Shown in pieces: positions 63,847-64,000 of a stretch of 64,000 nucleotides of DNA. The DNA is from Lingula anatina (Eukaryota; Animalia; Brachiopoda): NCBI GenBank assembly GCA_051362555.1, contig CM120644.1, positions 13,352,567-13,416,566 on the forward strand. The letters are read 5' to 3'. Position 1 is the first letter of the stretch. Each line of letters opens with the position of its first letter. The notes beneath the pieces are model-generated. The model searched no databases, was not told the DNA's origin, and saw nothing but the letters and a program-made list of their open reading frames with translations. The position numbers were made by a program, and so were the translations under genes.

Positions 63847-64000
63847 ACTACCAGTCATCAAATTGAACGTTCAGCAGAAACCGACTTTGTAAACGGAGCG
63901 TCAACTCCTCAAAATTATACTTTTATTTTTGATAATAAAGACTGAAGGGGTGGGGTTGGGGGGGGGGGGGCGTTGACTGAAATCTTTTCATTTTTTATCT

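Overview
AT-rich, intron-containing genomic DNA from an invertebrate animal, probably marine. It is not prokaryotic, and I saw no CRISPR array, rRNA or tRNA. Three complete spliced genes can be assembled by hand. (1) A Bcl-2/Bcl-xL-like anti-apoptotic gene lies on the - strand (about 6039-22206), with the conserved GGW^ intron of 15.4 kb. (2) An RPP25L/Alba gene lies on the - strand (39418-55331); its start codon appears split by an intron (A|TG) and it has a long Q/K/H/S-rich tail. (3) Head-to-head with it is a secreted, Cys-rich endonuclease/exonuclease/phosphatase (EEP) gene on the + strand (56082-63846, 7 exons, GC-AG first intron). A decayed glycoside hydrolase family 1-like gene is likely at about 24.2-29.4 kb (-), and a signal-peptide exon runs off the left edge. 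Introns and intergenic DNA are dense with transposons: a 3.7-kb Academ-like element with ~785-bp TIRs, an AcademH-like element whose RecQ fragment is split by a nested LINE, three TTAA (Kolobok-like) elements, a pogo-like element, a Helentron/HINE-like element and several Harbinger-type MITEs. All calls come from reading the sequence by eye; no searches were run.
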